Source: Candidatus Omnitrophota bacterium (lineage in GTDB: Bacteria; Omnitrophota; Gorgyraeia; Gygaellales; Profunditerraquicolaceae). From it: 64,000 nucleotides of DNA. The stretch spans positions 175,531-239,530 of the forward strand of contig JAZDMX010000003.1 of the NCBI GenBank assembly GCA_043800555.1, given 5' to 3'. Below are positions 46,596 to 56,299 of this stretch, piece by piece (position 1 is the stretch's first letter; each line of letters begins with the position of its first letter). The translations under genes and the position numbers were made by a program. A model generated the notes under the pieces. The model was given only the letters and a program-made list of their open reading frames with translations. It ran no database searches and was not told where the DNA came from.

Positions 46596-47657
46596 ATGAG
46601 GCCGCGCATAAAGAATTTCTTGAACCGTTTAAAACAGGAGAACCTGGACGGTTTTATTGTTTCTTCTCCCGCCAACATTTCATACCTTAGCGAGTTCGTT
46701 TCATCTGACGCCTATCTTTTGGTTTCCAATAAAGAAAACATCTATTTTACTGATTTCAGGTATGCCGAAGAAGTGCGTCTTAAACTTAAAGCGGTAGCCG
46801 GACTTAAGAAAATAAACGGATCCGCTTTTTCGCTTATCGCTGATACCTGCCTTAAACTGGGCTTGGGGAGGATTGGTTTTGAGCAGAGGCATATGCCTTA
46901 CGCCGAATATAAAAGAATCAAAGAACTTCTTAAGCCCAAAGCGTATTTTGTCCCTACGCACAACTTAATCGAGAACCTTAGGCAACTTAAAGGTCCCGAT
47001 GAAATCGCAAAGATCCGGGAGGCCGCCAGGATTACAGGGTTGGGGCTGGATTTCATTAAGGGCTTCATTAAGCCGGGATTGAAAGAGATTGAAATAGCCG
47101 GGGAGTTGGAGCGTTTTATCCGTTATAACGGGGCTAGCGGGGCTGCTTTTGATATTATTGTTGCCTCCGGGCCTGACTCTGCCTTTGCCCACCATAAGCC
47201 GGGCCAGAGAAGGGCTCAAAAGGATGAGCCGGTACTAATTGATATCGGAGTGGACTATTCCGGGTATAAATCCGACTTGACAAGGGTTTTCTTTTTAGAT
47301 AAAATAAATGGGCTTACTCGCTCGATTTACAGTCTTGTGCTTAAGGCGCAAAGCAAGGCAATTGAAAAAATCAAGCCGGGAATGGAGATAGCCCGGATAG
47401 ATGCTTTGGCCCGTAACTATATATCCGGCAAAGGTTACGCAAAATATTTCGGCCATAGTTTAGGCCATGGGATTGGCCTGGAAATCCATGAAGCTCCTCT
47501 AGTGTCAGCCGGAAATAACGGAATTTTAATCCCGGGAATGGTTTTTACGGTGGAACCTGCGGTATATCTGCCGGGTAAGTTCGGCATAAGGATCGAAGAT
47601 ATGGTATTAGTAACCAAGCAAGGATGCGAGGTGCTTAGTGGCTCTATCAATAAATGA
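46596..47657 (+). CDS. pepP: Xaa-Pro aminopeptidase (M24B family)
   Basis: Creatinase-like N-domain plus the pita-bread C-terminal domain with HGLGHGIGLEIHE. Confidence 0.85.
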   Translation: MRPRIKNFLNRLKQENLDGFIVSSPANISYLSEFVSSDAYLLVSNKENIYFTDFRYAEEVRLKLKAVAGLKKINGSAFSLIADTCLKLGLGRIGFEQRHMPYAEYKRIKELLKPKAYFVPTHNLIENLRQLKGPDEIAKIREAARITGLGLDFIKGFIKPGLKEIEIAGELERFIRYNGASGAAFDIIVASGPDSAFAHHKPGQRRAQKDEPVLIDIGVDYSGYKSDLTRVFFLDKINGLTRSIYSLVLKAQSKAIEKIKPGMEIARIDALARNYISGKGYAKYFGHSLGHGIGLEIHEAPLVSAGNNGILIPGMVFTVEPAVYLPGKFGIRIEDMVLVTKQGCEVLSGSINK

Positions 47658-48201
47658 AATCAAATCAGGGGTAACTATACTAGTTGACGATATTGTGTAT
47701 GTTGTGGTTGACGCCCAGCATGTTAAACCCGGCAAGGGAGCGGCTTTTGTGCGGGCGAAATTAAGGAATATGAAGAACGCAAATATCCAGGAAAAGACCT
47801 TTCGCGGCGACGAAAAAATCGAACAAGCTTTTGTGGAAGAGAGAAAACTGCAGTATCAATATAATTCCGGCCAGCTGTACCATTTTATGGACCAGGATAA
47901 TTTCGAAGAGATTGCCGTAGGCCAAGAGGCAATAGGCGATAATAAGAGGTTTCTTAAAGATAATATAGAGGTGATGGGGTATTTTTATAAGGATGACGTT
48001 TTGATGGTAAATCTTCCGAATTTCATTGAAGTGGAGATAGTCGGCACCGAACCCGGCATAAAAGGCGATACCGCAAAAAGCGGGACTAAGCCGGCGGAGA
48101 TAGAAACGGGGGCGGCAATCCAGGTGCCTTTGTTTATCGATGTGGGCGACCGGATTAAGGTGGATACCCGCAGCGGCCAGTATGTAGAGCGGGTTAATTA
48201 A
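47638..48201 (+). CDS. efp: Elongation factor P
   Basis: INEIKSGVTILVDDIVYVVVDAQHVKPGKGAAFVRAKLRN. Confidence 0.95.
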   Translation: MALSINEIKSGVTILVDDIVYVVVDAQHVKPGKGAAFVRAKLRNMKNANIQEKTFRGDEKIEQAFVEERKLQYQYNSGQLYHFMDQDNFEEIAVGQEAIGDNKRFLKDNIEVMGYFYKDDVLMVNLPNFIEVEIVGTEPGIKGDTAKSGTKPAEIETGAAIQVPLFIDVGDRIKVDTRSGQYVERVN

Positions 48202-48312
48202 GGCCGTAATAATAGAAGGCCTAGGCAAAAAAGACAAAATTATCCCCTGCTTTATACGAATTTATTAGCCGGGCCGGAAGCAATTTATCTGCTGTTAAGA
48301 CAGGAGACCGCA

Positions 48313-48765
48313 ATGAATGTTAAAGAAATCAAAGAAATGGTTAATCTTATGAACGAGAATGACCTGCTTGAGCTGGAGGTCGAAAAAGATGGCATGCGCA
48401 TCCGGCTTAAGAAAACACAAATCGGCGCGGAAGGCTTTAACGGGCCAATCGTAGTGGAGAGGCAGGCTGCGGTGAATGCGGGAGCAAAGCAGGCGGCTGA
48501 GCCGGCCAAAGAAGCGTTGGCCAAGACTATCGAAGTGAGGTCTCCTATGGTAGGGACATTTTACCGTGCCCCCAGCCCCGAAGCCAGCCCGTTTGTGGAA
48601 GTGGGCCAGAATATTGAACCCGGGCAGGTCATTTGTATAATCGAAGCGATGAAGTTGATGAATGAAATCAAGGCGGAAATAAGGGGTAAAATATTAGAAA
48701 TCCTTATTGATAATGCCGAGCCTTTGGAATTCGGCCAGGCTATATTCCTGATCGAACCGGCATAA
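48313..48765 (+). CDS. accB: Acetyl-CoA carboxylase biotin carboxyl carrier protein
   Basis: Biotinylation motif EAMKLMNEI near the C-terminus. Confidence 0.9.
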   Translation: MNVKEIKEMVNLMNENDLLELEVEKDGMRIRLKKTQIGAEGFNGPIVVERQAAVNAGAKQAAEPAKEALAKTIEVRSPMVGTFYRAPSPEASPFVEVGQNIEPGQVICIIEAMKLMNEIKAEIRGKILEILIDNAEPLEFGQAIFLIEPA

Positions 48766-48891
48766 AACGATTGATCGCCAAATCCCGCTGCCGGATGCTT
48801 AAGCAATCTTGTGCTCCCCGAAATTGTTTCTTGGGGTTTTGCGGCGCATTCGCCATTACGGATTGAAAACCGGAAATTAAGTTACCGCCAA

Positions 48892-50256
48892 ATGTTTTCC
48901 AAAATACTTATTGCCAATAGAGGAGAAATTGCCTTAAGAATAATCCGCGCTTGCCGTGAATTGGGTATCCGCACTGTCGCCGTATATTCGCAGGTCGACC
49001 GGAATTCATTGCACGTGCGCCTGGCTGACGAAGCCATCTGTATCGGCCAGGCAGCTTCATCTAGCAGTTATTTAAATATCCCCGCGATTATCAGCGCCGC
49101 AGAAATTACCGACGTAGAAGCAATCCACCCCGGCTACGGATTTTTAGCGGAAAACCCGCATTTCGCCGAAATTTGCGAATCTTGCAAGATTACCTTCATC
49201 GGCCCCACTCCGGAAAACATCCGGCTTATGGGAGATAAGATGGCTGCCCGGACTACTATGCATAAAGCGGGCCTGCCTATTGTCCCGGGAAGCGTATCGG
49301 CTATCAAGAAAAAAGAAGAAGCCCTCAAGATAGCTAAATCAATAGGTTATCCGGTAATCATAAAAGCGGCTGCCGGCGGCGGCGGAAAAGGCATGCGCAT
49401 TTGCCACAATGATTTGACTTTGGTCTCAAGCCTTATGACCGCGCAGTCGGAAGCAGAAGCAAATTTCGGGAATTCCAATGTTTATATCGAGAAATATATT
49501 GAAAAACCCCGCCATATCGAGGTCCAGATCATAGCCGACCGTTTTAGCCATGTTTTACAACTGGGAGAGCGGGATTGCAGCATTCAGAGGCGCCACCAGA
49601 AGCTACTGGAGGAGTCGCCTTCGCCGGCGGTGGATAGTAAAATGCGCAAGCAGCTCGGGGAATTTGTCCTTAAGGGGATGAAATCCATCAACTACGTAAG
49701 TTGCGGCACAATCGAATTTCTTTTAGACGAGAAAACGAATAAATTTTATTTTATGGAGATGAACACCCGTATCCAGGTTGAGCATCCGGTTACCGAGATG
49801 GTTACGGGAATCGACTTGATTAAAGAGCAGATACGCCTAAGCTGCGGTGAAAAACTTAAAGCTAAGCAGGAGGATATTCATATTAAGGGAGCGGCAATTG
49901 AGTGCAGGATTAATGCCGAAGACCCGGATAATAATTTTATGCCTTCGCCGGGAAAGATCGAAGCCCTTGTGTTGCCGGGAGGGCCGAATGTCCGCGTAGA
50001 TACGCATATCTATGCCGGTTACGAGGTCCCTTCCTATTATGATTCTCTTATCGCCAAGTTAATCGTTCATGGCAAGGACCGCCAGGAGGCAATTAAGATT
50101 ATGCGCCGGGCATTGACGGAATTCCATATTTCGCCAATTAAGACTACGATTCCATTTCACCTTAAGCTTATGGAGAACCCTCTTTTTCTAAAAGGAGACA
50201 TCTCTACGCATTTTGTCCAGGATATGTTTAAGGAAGAAAGCATTCTACTTGCTTAG
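48892..50256 (+). CDS. accC: Acetyl-CoA carboxylase biotin carboxylase subunit
   Basis: [21 protein letters not shown]...ATP-grasp domain. Start taken at the ATG at 48892. Confidence 0.95.
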   Translation: MFSKILIANRGEIALRIIRACRELGIRTVAVYSQVDRNSLHVRLADEAICIGQAASSSSYLNIPAIISAAEITDVEAIHPGYGFLAENPHFAEICESCKITFIGPTPENIRLMGDKMAARTTMHKAGLPIVPGSVSAIKKKEEALKIAKSIGYPVIIKAAAGGGGKGMRICHNDLTLVSSLMTAQSEAEANFGNSNVYIEKYIEKPRHIEVQIIADRFSHVLQLGERDCSIQRRHQKLLEESPSPAVDSKMRKQLGEFVLKGMKSINYVSCGTIEFLLDEKTNKFYFMEMNTRIQVEHPVTEMVTGIDLIKEQIRLSCGEKLKAKQEDIHIKGAAIECRINAEDPDNNFMPSPGKIEALVLPGGPNVRVDTHIYAGYEVPSYYDSLIAKLIVHGKDRQEAIKIMRRALTEFHISPIKTTIPFHLKLMENPLFLKGDISTHFVQDMFKEESILLA

Positions 50257-50300
50257 GCAAAGCAGGCAGGGTAAGTGGCCTGCGAAAGGGGGTTTTTAAA

Positions 50301-50897
50301 ATGAGGATATTTACGGTTCTGGGGATATTATTCTATGCGGTGGTGATTATTTTAGCCGGGATTGCCTTGATTGGCTTTGCCCTTAATATGTTTCAGCCGG
50401 AAAGCATAAACAGGCTTCTTAACTATGCCCAGAGCAACATGAACTCCCGCGTTGCCGTCGGTTTCTCGGGGCTTTTGTTGATCCTGGTGAGTTTTTCTTT
50501 TGCCCGCCTGATCCTGGGCCGGATTCAGCGCGAAAAAACCATTGCCTTTGATACCGCTTCCGGGGAAGTGACCATTGCTTTATCGGCGGTTGAAGACCTG
50601 ATTCGCAGGCTGACCGGGGTTATCCCCGAAATAAAAGAATTAAAGCCGGATGTGATTGCCGGCAAGAACGGTATCAGCGTAGATTTGAGAGTGGTTTTGA
50701 AAAGGGAAGCGAACATACCGGAATTGACCTCGCGCTTACAGGATATCACAAAATCAAAAATTCAGGAAGTCTTAGGGGTTGAAGAGCAGATTAACGTAAA
50801 GATACACATTGCCAAGATAGCGGCTGCGGAAGATAGGAAGAAGAAAACGGCTGATAAAGATGAACCTGCCGCGCCATTTAGCGGCTACGGAAGGTAA
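50301..50897 (+). CDS. Asp23/Gls24-family (alkaline shock protein-like) protein with an N-terminal membrane anchor
   Basis: Two N-terminal TM helices followed by the Asp23 fold IAFDTASGEVTIALSAVEDLIRRL. Confidence 0.65.
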   Translation: MRIFTVLGILFYAVVIILAGIALIGFALNMFQPESINRLLNYAQSNMNSRVAVGFSGLLLILVSFSFARLILGRIQREKTIAFDTASGEVTIALSAVEDLIRRLTGVIPEIKELKPDVIAGKNGISVDLRVVLKREANIPELTSRLQDITKSKIQEVLGVEEQINVKIHIAKIAAAEDRKKKTADKDEPAAPFSGYGR

Positions 50898-50997
50898 TTA
50901 AGCAATTTTACCAAATTTTAAAGTGGTCCTGGGGCTAGGGAAGGAATTCCCGTCCAGCATCGGGTAAAAGGGTTTTAATATACGAGGAGGTAGTTTA

Positions 50998-52029
50998 ATG
51001 GAGAGAGTCGGAATACTCACAGGCGGCGGTGATTGCCCGGGCCTAAACCCGGTTATCCGGGCAGTAGTCAGAAAATCGTTTTTAGAAGGTTACGAAGTAA
51101 TCGGGATAAAGAACGGATGGAAGGGTTTGGTTGAGAATGATGCTATGGTTTTAAATTTGGGAGCGGTATCGGGAATATTGCCCAAGGGAGGGACTATTCT
51201 AGGGACATCCCGGACTAATCCTTATAAGAAGGAAGAAGAATTGAGGAAAGTAAAAGAAAGCTTTAAAAATATGGGGTTGTATGCTTTAGTGGCGGTAGGG
51301 GGAGAGGATACCCTGGGCGTTGCTTCAAAATTAACTAAGGACGGCATAGCCAATATTGTCGGTGTGCCCAAAACGATAGATAATGACCTTTCGGCGACAG
51401 ATTATACTTTTGGTTTTGATACGGCCTTAAACGTCGCGACCGAGTGCATCGACCGTTTACATACTACCGCGGAAAGCCATCATCGGATTATTGTGGCCGA
51501 AGTAATGGGCAGGCATGCGGGTTGGATTGCCGTAGAAGCAGGTATTGCCGGCGGCGCGGATGTAGTGTTGATCCCCGAAGTGCCCATTAATATCGAGGAA
51601 GTCTGCGGAATAATCAAGAAAAGGCACGAGAGAGGAAAGACCTTCAGCATAGTTGTCGTGGCTGAAGGCGCGCAATTTGGAGACAAAGGCCTGGTTACTC
51701 AAGAGCAAAAGCTTGATTCGTTCGGCCATGTCCGCTTAGGCGGTATTGGTGAAGCCCTGGCCAGCGAGATAGAAAAAAGGACAGGTTATGAAACGCGAGT
51801 GAGCGTGCTCGGGCATATACAAAGGGGAGGCTCTCCGACAGCTTTTGACAGGGTATTGGGGACAAGGTTCGGGGTAAAAGCAGTAGAGTTGATTAAGAGC
51901 AAAAGATTCGGCAGGATGGTCGCGCTGCAAGGCAGCAAGATAGTCGATGTCCCCCTGTCGGATGCGGTCAAGGCCTTAAAGACGGTAGATATGGAACTAT
52001 ATGATATAGCCAAGGTTTTCTTTGGCTAA
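50998..52029 (+). CDS. pfp: 6-phosphofructokinase, probably pyrophosphate-dependent (PPi-PFK)
   Basis: GILTGGGDCPGLN, GGEDTLGVA (Asp at the position of E. coli Gly104) and PKTIDNDL (Lys at the position of Gly124). SD GAGGAGG lies upstream. Confidence 0.85.
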   Translation: MERVGILTGGGDCPGLNPVIRAVVRKSFLEGYEVIGIKNGWKGLVENDAMVLNLGAVSGILPKGGTILGTSRTNPYKKEEELRKVKESFKNMGLYALVAVGGEDTLGVASKLTKDGIANIVGVPKTIDNDLSATDYTFGFDTALNVATECIDRLHTTAESHHRIIVAEVMGRHAGWIAVEAGIAGGADVVLIPEVPINIEEVCGIIKKRHERGKTFSIVVVAEGAQFGDKGLVTQEQKLDSFGHVRLGGIGEALASEIEKRTGYETRVSVLGHIQRGGSPTAFDRVLGTRFGVKAVELIKSKRFGRMVALQGSKIVDVPLSDAVKALKTVDMELYDIAKVFFG

Positions 52030-52047
52030 AGATTATGAGGCAGGCAA

Positions 52048-52614
52048 ATGAGAGAAAGAATTAAGGAGATTATTTTAGAAAGTATCCAGGTAAAAGAGGA
52101 ACTGCTGAAGAACGATATTAGCCGGCTGCTACAGATTTCCGAAATTATAATCGAGTCCATTAAGAAAGGCGGAAAACTGGTGGTGTTTGGCAATGGCGGT
52201 TCAGCCAGCGACGCTCAGCACATAGCCGCGGAATTAGTCGGCAGGTTTAAAAAAGACCGGCCCGCGTACGCTTCTTTAGCCTTAACTACCAATACTTCGA
52301 TAATCACCGCTTTAGCCAATGATTTTGGCTATGAGGTGGTTTTTGCCCGTCAGCTGGAGGCCTTGGCCGGAAAATTCGATGTAGCTTTAGGCATATCTAC
52401 CAGCGGAAAGGCGAAAAATGTGGCGTTGGGATTTAAGCAGGCCAGGAAAATGGGGCTGAAGACAATTGCTTTAACCGGGGGCGACGGAGGGGAATTGGTA
52501 AAATTGGCGGATGTCTCCCTGGTAGTCGCTTCCAGCGTTACCGCCCGGATTCAGGAAGCCCATATTACTATCGGGCACATTTTATGCGAATTGATCGAAG
52601 AAAGCCTTGCTTAA
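52048..52614 (+). CDS. gmhA: Phosphoheptose isomerase (SIS domain)
   Basis: VVFGNGGSASDAQHIAAELVGRF. Confidence 0.85.
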   Translation: MRERIKEIILESIQVKEELLKNDISRLLQISEIIIESIKKGGKLVVFGNGGSASDAQHIAAELVGRFKKDRPAYASLALTTNTSIITALANDFGYEVVFARQLEALAGKFDVALGISTSGKAKNVALGFKQARKMGLKTIALTGGDGGELVKLADVSLVVASSVTARIQEAHITIGHILCELIEESLA

Positions 52615-53087
52615 CTAAAAAGATTAAAACCCTTCGTGAACTTAAAGGGGAAATTGCCAGGCTAAAGCGGCAGGGGAGAAAAATCGTTTTTACCAATGGC
52701 TGTTTTGATATTCTTCATTATGGCCACGCCAAGTATCTCCATGACGCCAGGAATAAGGGGGATGTCTTGGTCGTAGCGGTAAATAGCGACTCTTCCATAC
52801 GAAAAATCAAGGGAAAAAACAGGCCGATTGTCGGCCAGGGTTACCGGCTCAAATTACTGTCCGCCTTGGAGAGCGTTGATTACCTGGTTTTGTTTAAAGA
52901 AACGACGCCCCTATCGGTGATTACTCAAATTCGGCCGGATGTTTTGGTAAAAGGGGCGGATTGGCAGAAGAGCAAAATAGCCGGAAGCGATTTTGTCGCT
53001 TCCTACGGCGGAAAAGTTTTGACTATAGGATTAGTAGAAGGGCTTTCTACTTCTAAGCTGATAAAGAAAATTGTTAAAGCAAAATAA
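52584..53087 (+). CDS. hldE: D-glycero-beta-D-manno-heptose-1-phosphate adenylyltransferase (stand-alone HldE domain II)
   Basis: KIVFTNGCFDILHYGHAKYLHDARNKGDVLVVAVNSDSSIRKIKG (cytidylyltransferase-like HxGH). No kinase domain precedes it. Confidence 0.8.
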   Translation: MRIDRRKPCLTKKIKTLRELKGEIARLKRQGRKIVFTNGCFDILHYGHAKYLHDARNKGDVLVVAVNSDSSIRKIKGKNRPIVGQGYRLKLLSALESVDYLVLFKETTPLSVITQIRPDVLVKGADWQKSKIAGSDFVASYGGKVLTIGLVEGLSTSKLIKKIVKAK

Positions 53088-53511
53088 GCTAAGCACGGCT
53101 AACCGGGTCATTGACGCTAATATTAACCGTTTAAAAGAAGGTTTGCGGGTTTGCGAGGAAATTACCCGTTTTATATTGAACAACCGGGGCCTGACGCTTG
53201 AGTTGAAGAAATTGAGGCACGAAATTGATTCCGTAACAAGAGGCTTGGCCCCCAGGATATTATTACTTAAAGAAAGAATGCCGGGCGCTGATGTAGGCAG
53301 ATCGCTCCGGGGGAATGAACTGAAGCGCGGAAGCCTTAAGGATGTTTTTTTCGCCAATATCCAGCGGGTTAAGGAGTCAACGCGCGTTTTAGAGGAGTTC
53401 AGCAAGCTTATTAACGTAAATTCTGCCCTTAAGTTCAAGAGGATCCGGTATAAAATTTATGAGATCGAGAAAAAGACTGCTGAAAAAATCTCGCCTGTAT
53501 CTTATCTTTGA
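53071..53511 (+). CDS. Conserved domain protein, probably the N-terminal extension domain of thiamine-phosphate synthase, separated from thiE by a frame change
   Basis: The ORF ends ...KFKRIRYKIYEIEKKTAEKISPVSYL*. Removing one A from the A5 run at 53470-53474 would fuse it in-frame to thiE as ...YEIEKRLLKKSRLYLIFDK. Confidence 0.4.
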   Translation: MLKQNKLSTANRVIDANINRLKEGLRVCEEITRFILNNRGLTLELKKLRHEIDSVTRGLAPRILLLKERMPGADVGRSLRGNELKRGSLKDVFFANIQRVKESTRVLEEFSKLINVNSALKFKRIRYKIYEIEKKTAEKISPVSYL

Positions 53512-54103
53512 TAAAAGCGCGTTCAGCCGGGATGCTTTAAACATCGTAAAGAAGCTAGCGGAGTCAGGCGTAGATATGGTCCAGCTAAGGGATAAAAACT
53601 CATCTGCCCAAGCCGTATTGGAATCAGCCGTTACTCTCAATAAAGGGCTTAGAAATACCAATACCCTTTTTATCGTAAATGACAATCCGGATATTGCCAG
53701 GCTTTCCGGGAGCGATGGCTTGCATATCGGCCAAAATGATATTCCGGTTCAGGACGCCAGGCGTATGCTTGGCAGGGATAAGCTCATAGGGGTATCCTGT
53801 TATAGTCTGGGCCAGGCCCTTAAGGCGCAAAAAGAAGGCGCCGATTATATAGGGATTGGGCCGGTATTTAAAACGCAGACAAAGCGGGATAGCCGGCGGC
53901 CGATAGGGGTAAAAGGCTTAAAAGGCCTAAGCCGGAGGATCAAAATCCCTGTTTTTGCAATAGGCAATATTAATCGCGCTAACCTGGCTAAGGTAACTTC
54001 ATCCGGGATAAACAGGATAGCGCTATGCCGGGCGATTTTAAAAAACGGGGATTGTTTTAAATCCGCGCAATATTTTGCTAATAAATTAAAGAATCTTCTA
54101 TAA
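53459..54103 (+). CDS. thiE: Thiamine-phosphate synthase
   Basis: RLYLIFDKS...VDMVQLRDK...IGVSCYSLGQALKAQKEGADYIGIGPVFKTQTK. Confidence 0.85.
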   Translation: MRSRKRLLKKSRLYLIFDKSAFSRDALNIVKKLAESGVDMVQLRDKNSSAQAVLESAVTLNKGLRNTNTLFIVNDNPDIARLSGSDGLHIGQNDIPVQDARRMLGRDKLIGVSCYSLGQALKAQKEGADYIGIGPVFKTQTKRDSRRPIGVKGLKGLSRRIKIPVFAIGNINRANLAKVTSSGINRIALCRAILKNGDCFKSAQYFANKLKNLL

Positions 54104-54114
54104 AGGCATTCTTA

Positions 54115-54149
54115 TGAAGCAGCCTTGGCCAGGCAGGTTTTGTTTTTTT
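54115..54149 (+). terminator. Putative intrinsic terminator downstream of thiE
   Basis: GC-rich imperfect hairpin (GCAGCCTTGGCCAGGCAGG) followed immediately by TTTTGTTTTTTT. Confidence 0.4.
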
Positions 54150-54175
54150 AGGGAGAAAATGGGTAATTTTAATAA

Positions 54176-55471
54176 ATGACACAAATCGAGTTTGCTAAGA
54201 AAAATATCGTTACCCCGTTAATGCGTAAAATCGCCTTTGAAGAGGGGATTGAACAAAGTAGCCTTTTGCGGTATATCAAAGACGGCAGGGTTGTGATCTT
54301 GAAGAATAATTCCCGCAAATTAGCTAAGCCTTGCGCTGTAGGTTTTGGTTTACGCACGAAGGTAAATTCTAACCTGGGGACTTCTACCGATAAGTCTAGT
54401 CTTAAGGAAGAGCTGCGAAAATTGGATATTTCCGTAAGGTACGGCGCCGATAGCGTAATGGACTTAAGCGTCGGCGGGGACTTAAGGAAAATCCGCAGGG
54501 AAATAGTCAAGCGTTCGGCTATCCCCCTGGGCACAGTCCCGGTATATGAGATTGCGGTTTGCGCCCAGAGAAAATCCAAGAATTTCCTGAAATTTACCCC
54601 TTCCGATATGCTTAGTGTTTTAGAGGCGCAGGCCAAAGAAGGCGTGGATTTTTTTACAATTCATTCGGGAGTTACCCAAAAAAACATCGCTACGCTCAAA
54701 AAAAATAAAAGGATACTTGGCATTGTTTCAAGAGGCGGGGCGATAATCGCCAATTGGATGGCCTTTAATAAATCGGAAAACCCCTTTTATGAATATTTTG
54801 ATAAGATCCTGGATGTTGCCTATAAATATGATGTGGTTTTAAGCTTAGGCGACGGCATGCGCCCGGGTTCTATCCTTGACGCGACTGATGCGGCCCAGGT
54901 TTCGGAGCTAAAAACCCTCGGAGAATTGGCGCTGCGCGCCAAGGATCGCAACGTCCAGGTCATGATCGAAGGCCCGGGGCATGTGCCTTTAAATCAGATC
55001 CAAGAGAATATTGCCTTGGAGAAGAAGTTTTGCCATGGCGCGCCATTTTATGTGTTGGGGCCGTTAGTGACTGATGTGGCCAGCGGTTATGACCACATTA
55101 ATGCTTCTATAGGAGGGGCTTTAGCAGCTAGTTTTGGCGCGGATTTCCTGTGTTATGTTACTCCCGCCGAACACCTCAAGCATCCTTCAGTTGATGATGT
55201 CAAGGAGGGGATTATCGCCTCGAGGATTTCTGCCCACGCAGGGGACCTGGTGAAGAATAATAAGCGTGCGATTAGCTGGGATAGGGATATGTCTTTGGCT
55301 AGAAAGGCGCGCGATTGGAAAAAACAGATTAAGCTTTCCATTGACCCGGTAAAGGCCGCAAGATTCCGTAAGCTATCGCAGCCCCTTAATAAAGATGTTT
55401 GCACAATGTGCGGAAAATATTGCTCTATTAAATTGATGGATGATTGCCTGCGGGCAGGCAATCAAGCGTAG
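54176..55471 (+). CDS. thiC: Phosphomethylpyrimidine synthase (short anaerobic-type ThiC)
   Basis: Radical-SAM-like ThiC fold. C-terminal Fe-S motif CTMCGKYCS. Confidence 0.9.
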   Translation: MTQIEFAKKNIVTPLMRKIAFEEGIEQSSLLRYIKDGRVVILKNNSRKLAKPCAVGFGLRTKVNSNLGTSTDKSSLKEELRKLDISVRYGADSVMDLSVGGDLRKIRREIVKRSAIPLGTVPVYEIAVCAQRKSKNFLKFTPSDMLSVLEAQAKEGVDFFTIHSGVTQKNIATLKKNKRILGIVSRGGAIIANWMAFNKSENPFYEYFDKILDVAYKYDVVLSLGDGMRPGSILDATDAAQVSELKTLGELALRAKDRNVQVMIEGPGHVPLNQIQENIALEKKFCHGAPFYVLGPLVTDVASGYDHINASIGGALAASFGADFLCYVTPAEHLKHPSVDDVKEGIIASRISAHAGDLVKNNKRAISWDRDMSLARKARDWKKQIKLSIDPVKAARFRKLSQPLNKDVCTMCGKYCSIKLMDDCLRAGNQA

Positions 55472-55487
55472 GATAAAAAGCAGGCAT

Positions 55488-55561
55488 GCGGGCGTAGTTC
55501 ATCGGTAGAACACCAGCTTCCCAAGCTGGATAGGAGGGTTCAATTCCCTCCGCCCGCTCCA
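55488..55561 (+). tRNA. tRNA-Gly (anticodon CCC), 74 nt with an encoded CCA
   Basis: Acceptor stem GCGGGCG/CGCCCGC. D-stem GTTC/GAAC. Anticodon stem CCAGC/GCTGG with loop TTCCCAA. T-arm GAGGG-TTCAATT-CCCTC. Discriminator U, then CCA. Confidence 0.9.
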
Positions 55562-55603
55562 AAATAGCAGCCGGCAGGTAGCGGTTAGTATGCAGGGGAA
55601 GAA

Positions 55604-56299
55604 ATGAAAGAACGTATATTTAATAATAAGGGGAGAGCGGCTTGTATGCTTTATGCTTTATTCTGCATGCTGTTTTTAGCCGGTTGCGGCACTCTCCCTT
55701 ACGTAAAACCTTCCTTAGTAAAGCCTCCTGCGGGGATGTCAGGCACTTATCATAGAGTAGAAAAAGGCCAAACACTCTGGAAAATATCTAAAATCTACGG
55801 AGTTGACCTGGATGAGTTGGCTCGCCTAAACCGTATAACCGACGCCTCAGCAATAGAAACCGGGCAGCAAATATTTATCCCTAACAGGATAAAGCCTGTG
55901 CCGCAAACACTTAAATACGGCAATAATGATGATTTTATTTGGCCGTTGCGCGGCAGGGTTATCGGTTCTTTTGGCCAAACTATTGATAATATGCAGAATG
56001 AGGGCATAAATATAGAGCCTTCCCGGACTTTGGATATCCTGGCTTCCAGGAGCGGGAGAGTAGTCTTTACGGATGAAGATTTCACCGGGTTGGGAAAGAT
56101 GGTTATTATTGAACATGGCGACGGGCTATTTACCGTTTATGGGAGAAATTCGGTAATTCTCGTTAAAGCGGGAGATAGTGTGGAGAAAGGCGCGCTTATC
56201 GCCAGGGCCGGCTCTAGCGGCAGGCAGAGGAACGCCTATTTGCATTTTGAAGTCAGAAAGGGAAGCGTCCCTAAAAACCCCTTATTTTATTTGCCCTGA
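55604..56299 (+). CDS. LysM-domain M23 family metallopeptidase lipoprotein
   Basis: Lipobox FLAGC. LysM YHRVEKGQTLWKISKIYGVDLDELARLN. M23 core GINIEP...HLHFEV. Confidence 0.85.
   Translation: MKERIFNNKGRAACMLYALFCMLFLAGCGTLPYVKPSLVKPPAGMSGTYHRVEKGQTLWKISKIYGVDLDELARLNRITDASAIETGQQIFIPNRIKPVPQTLKYGNNDDFIWPLRGRVIGSFGQTIDNMQNEGINIEPSRTLDILASRSGRVVFTDEDFTGLGKMVIIEHGDGLFTVYGRNSVILVKAGDSVEKGALIARAGSSGRQRNAYLHFEVRKGSVPKNPLFYLP

Noticed and set aside
46399-46599. 66-aa + strand ORF between aroQ and pepP
   Set aside because: It overlaps the aroQ 3' end and runs to the pepP start, with no SD and no homology. The region is more likely non-coding.
47761-48237. 158-aa minus-strand ORF opposite efp
   Set aside because: It overlaps the unmistakable EF-P gene. 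The translation is hydrophobic and low-complexity, so it is spurious.
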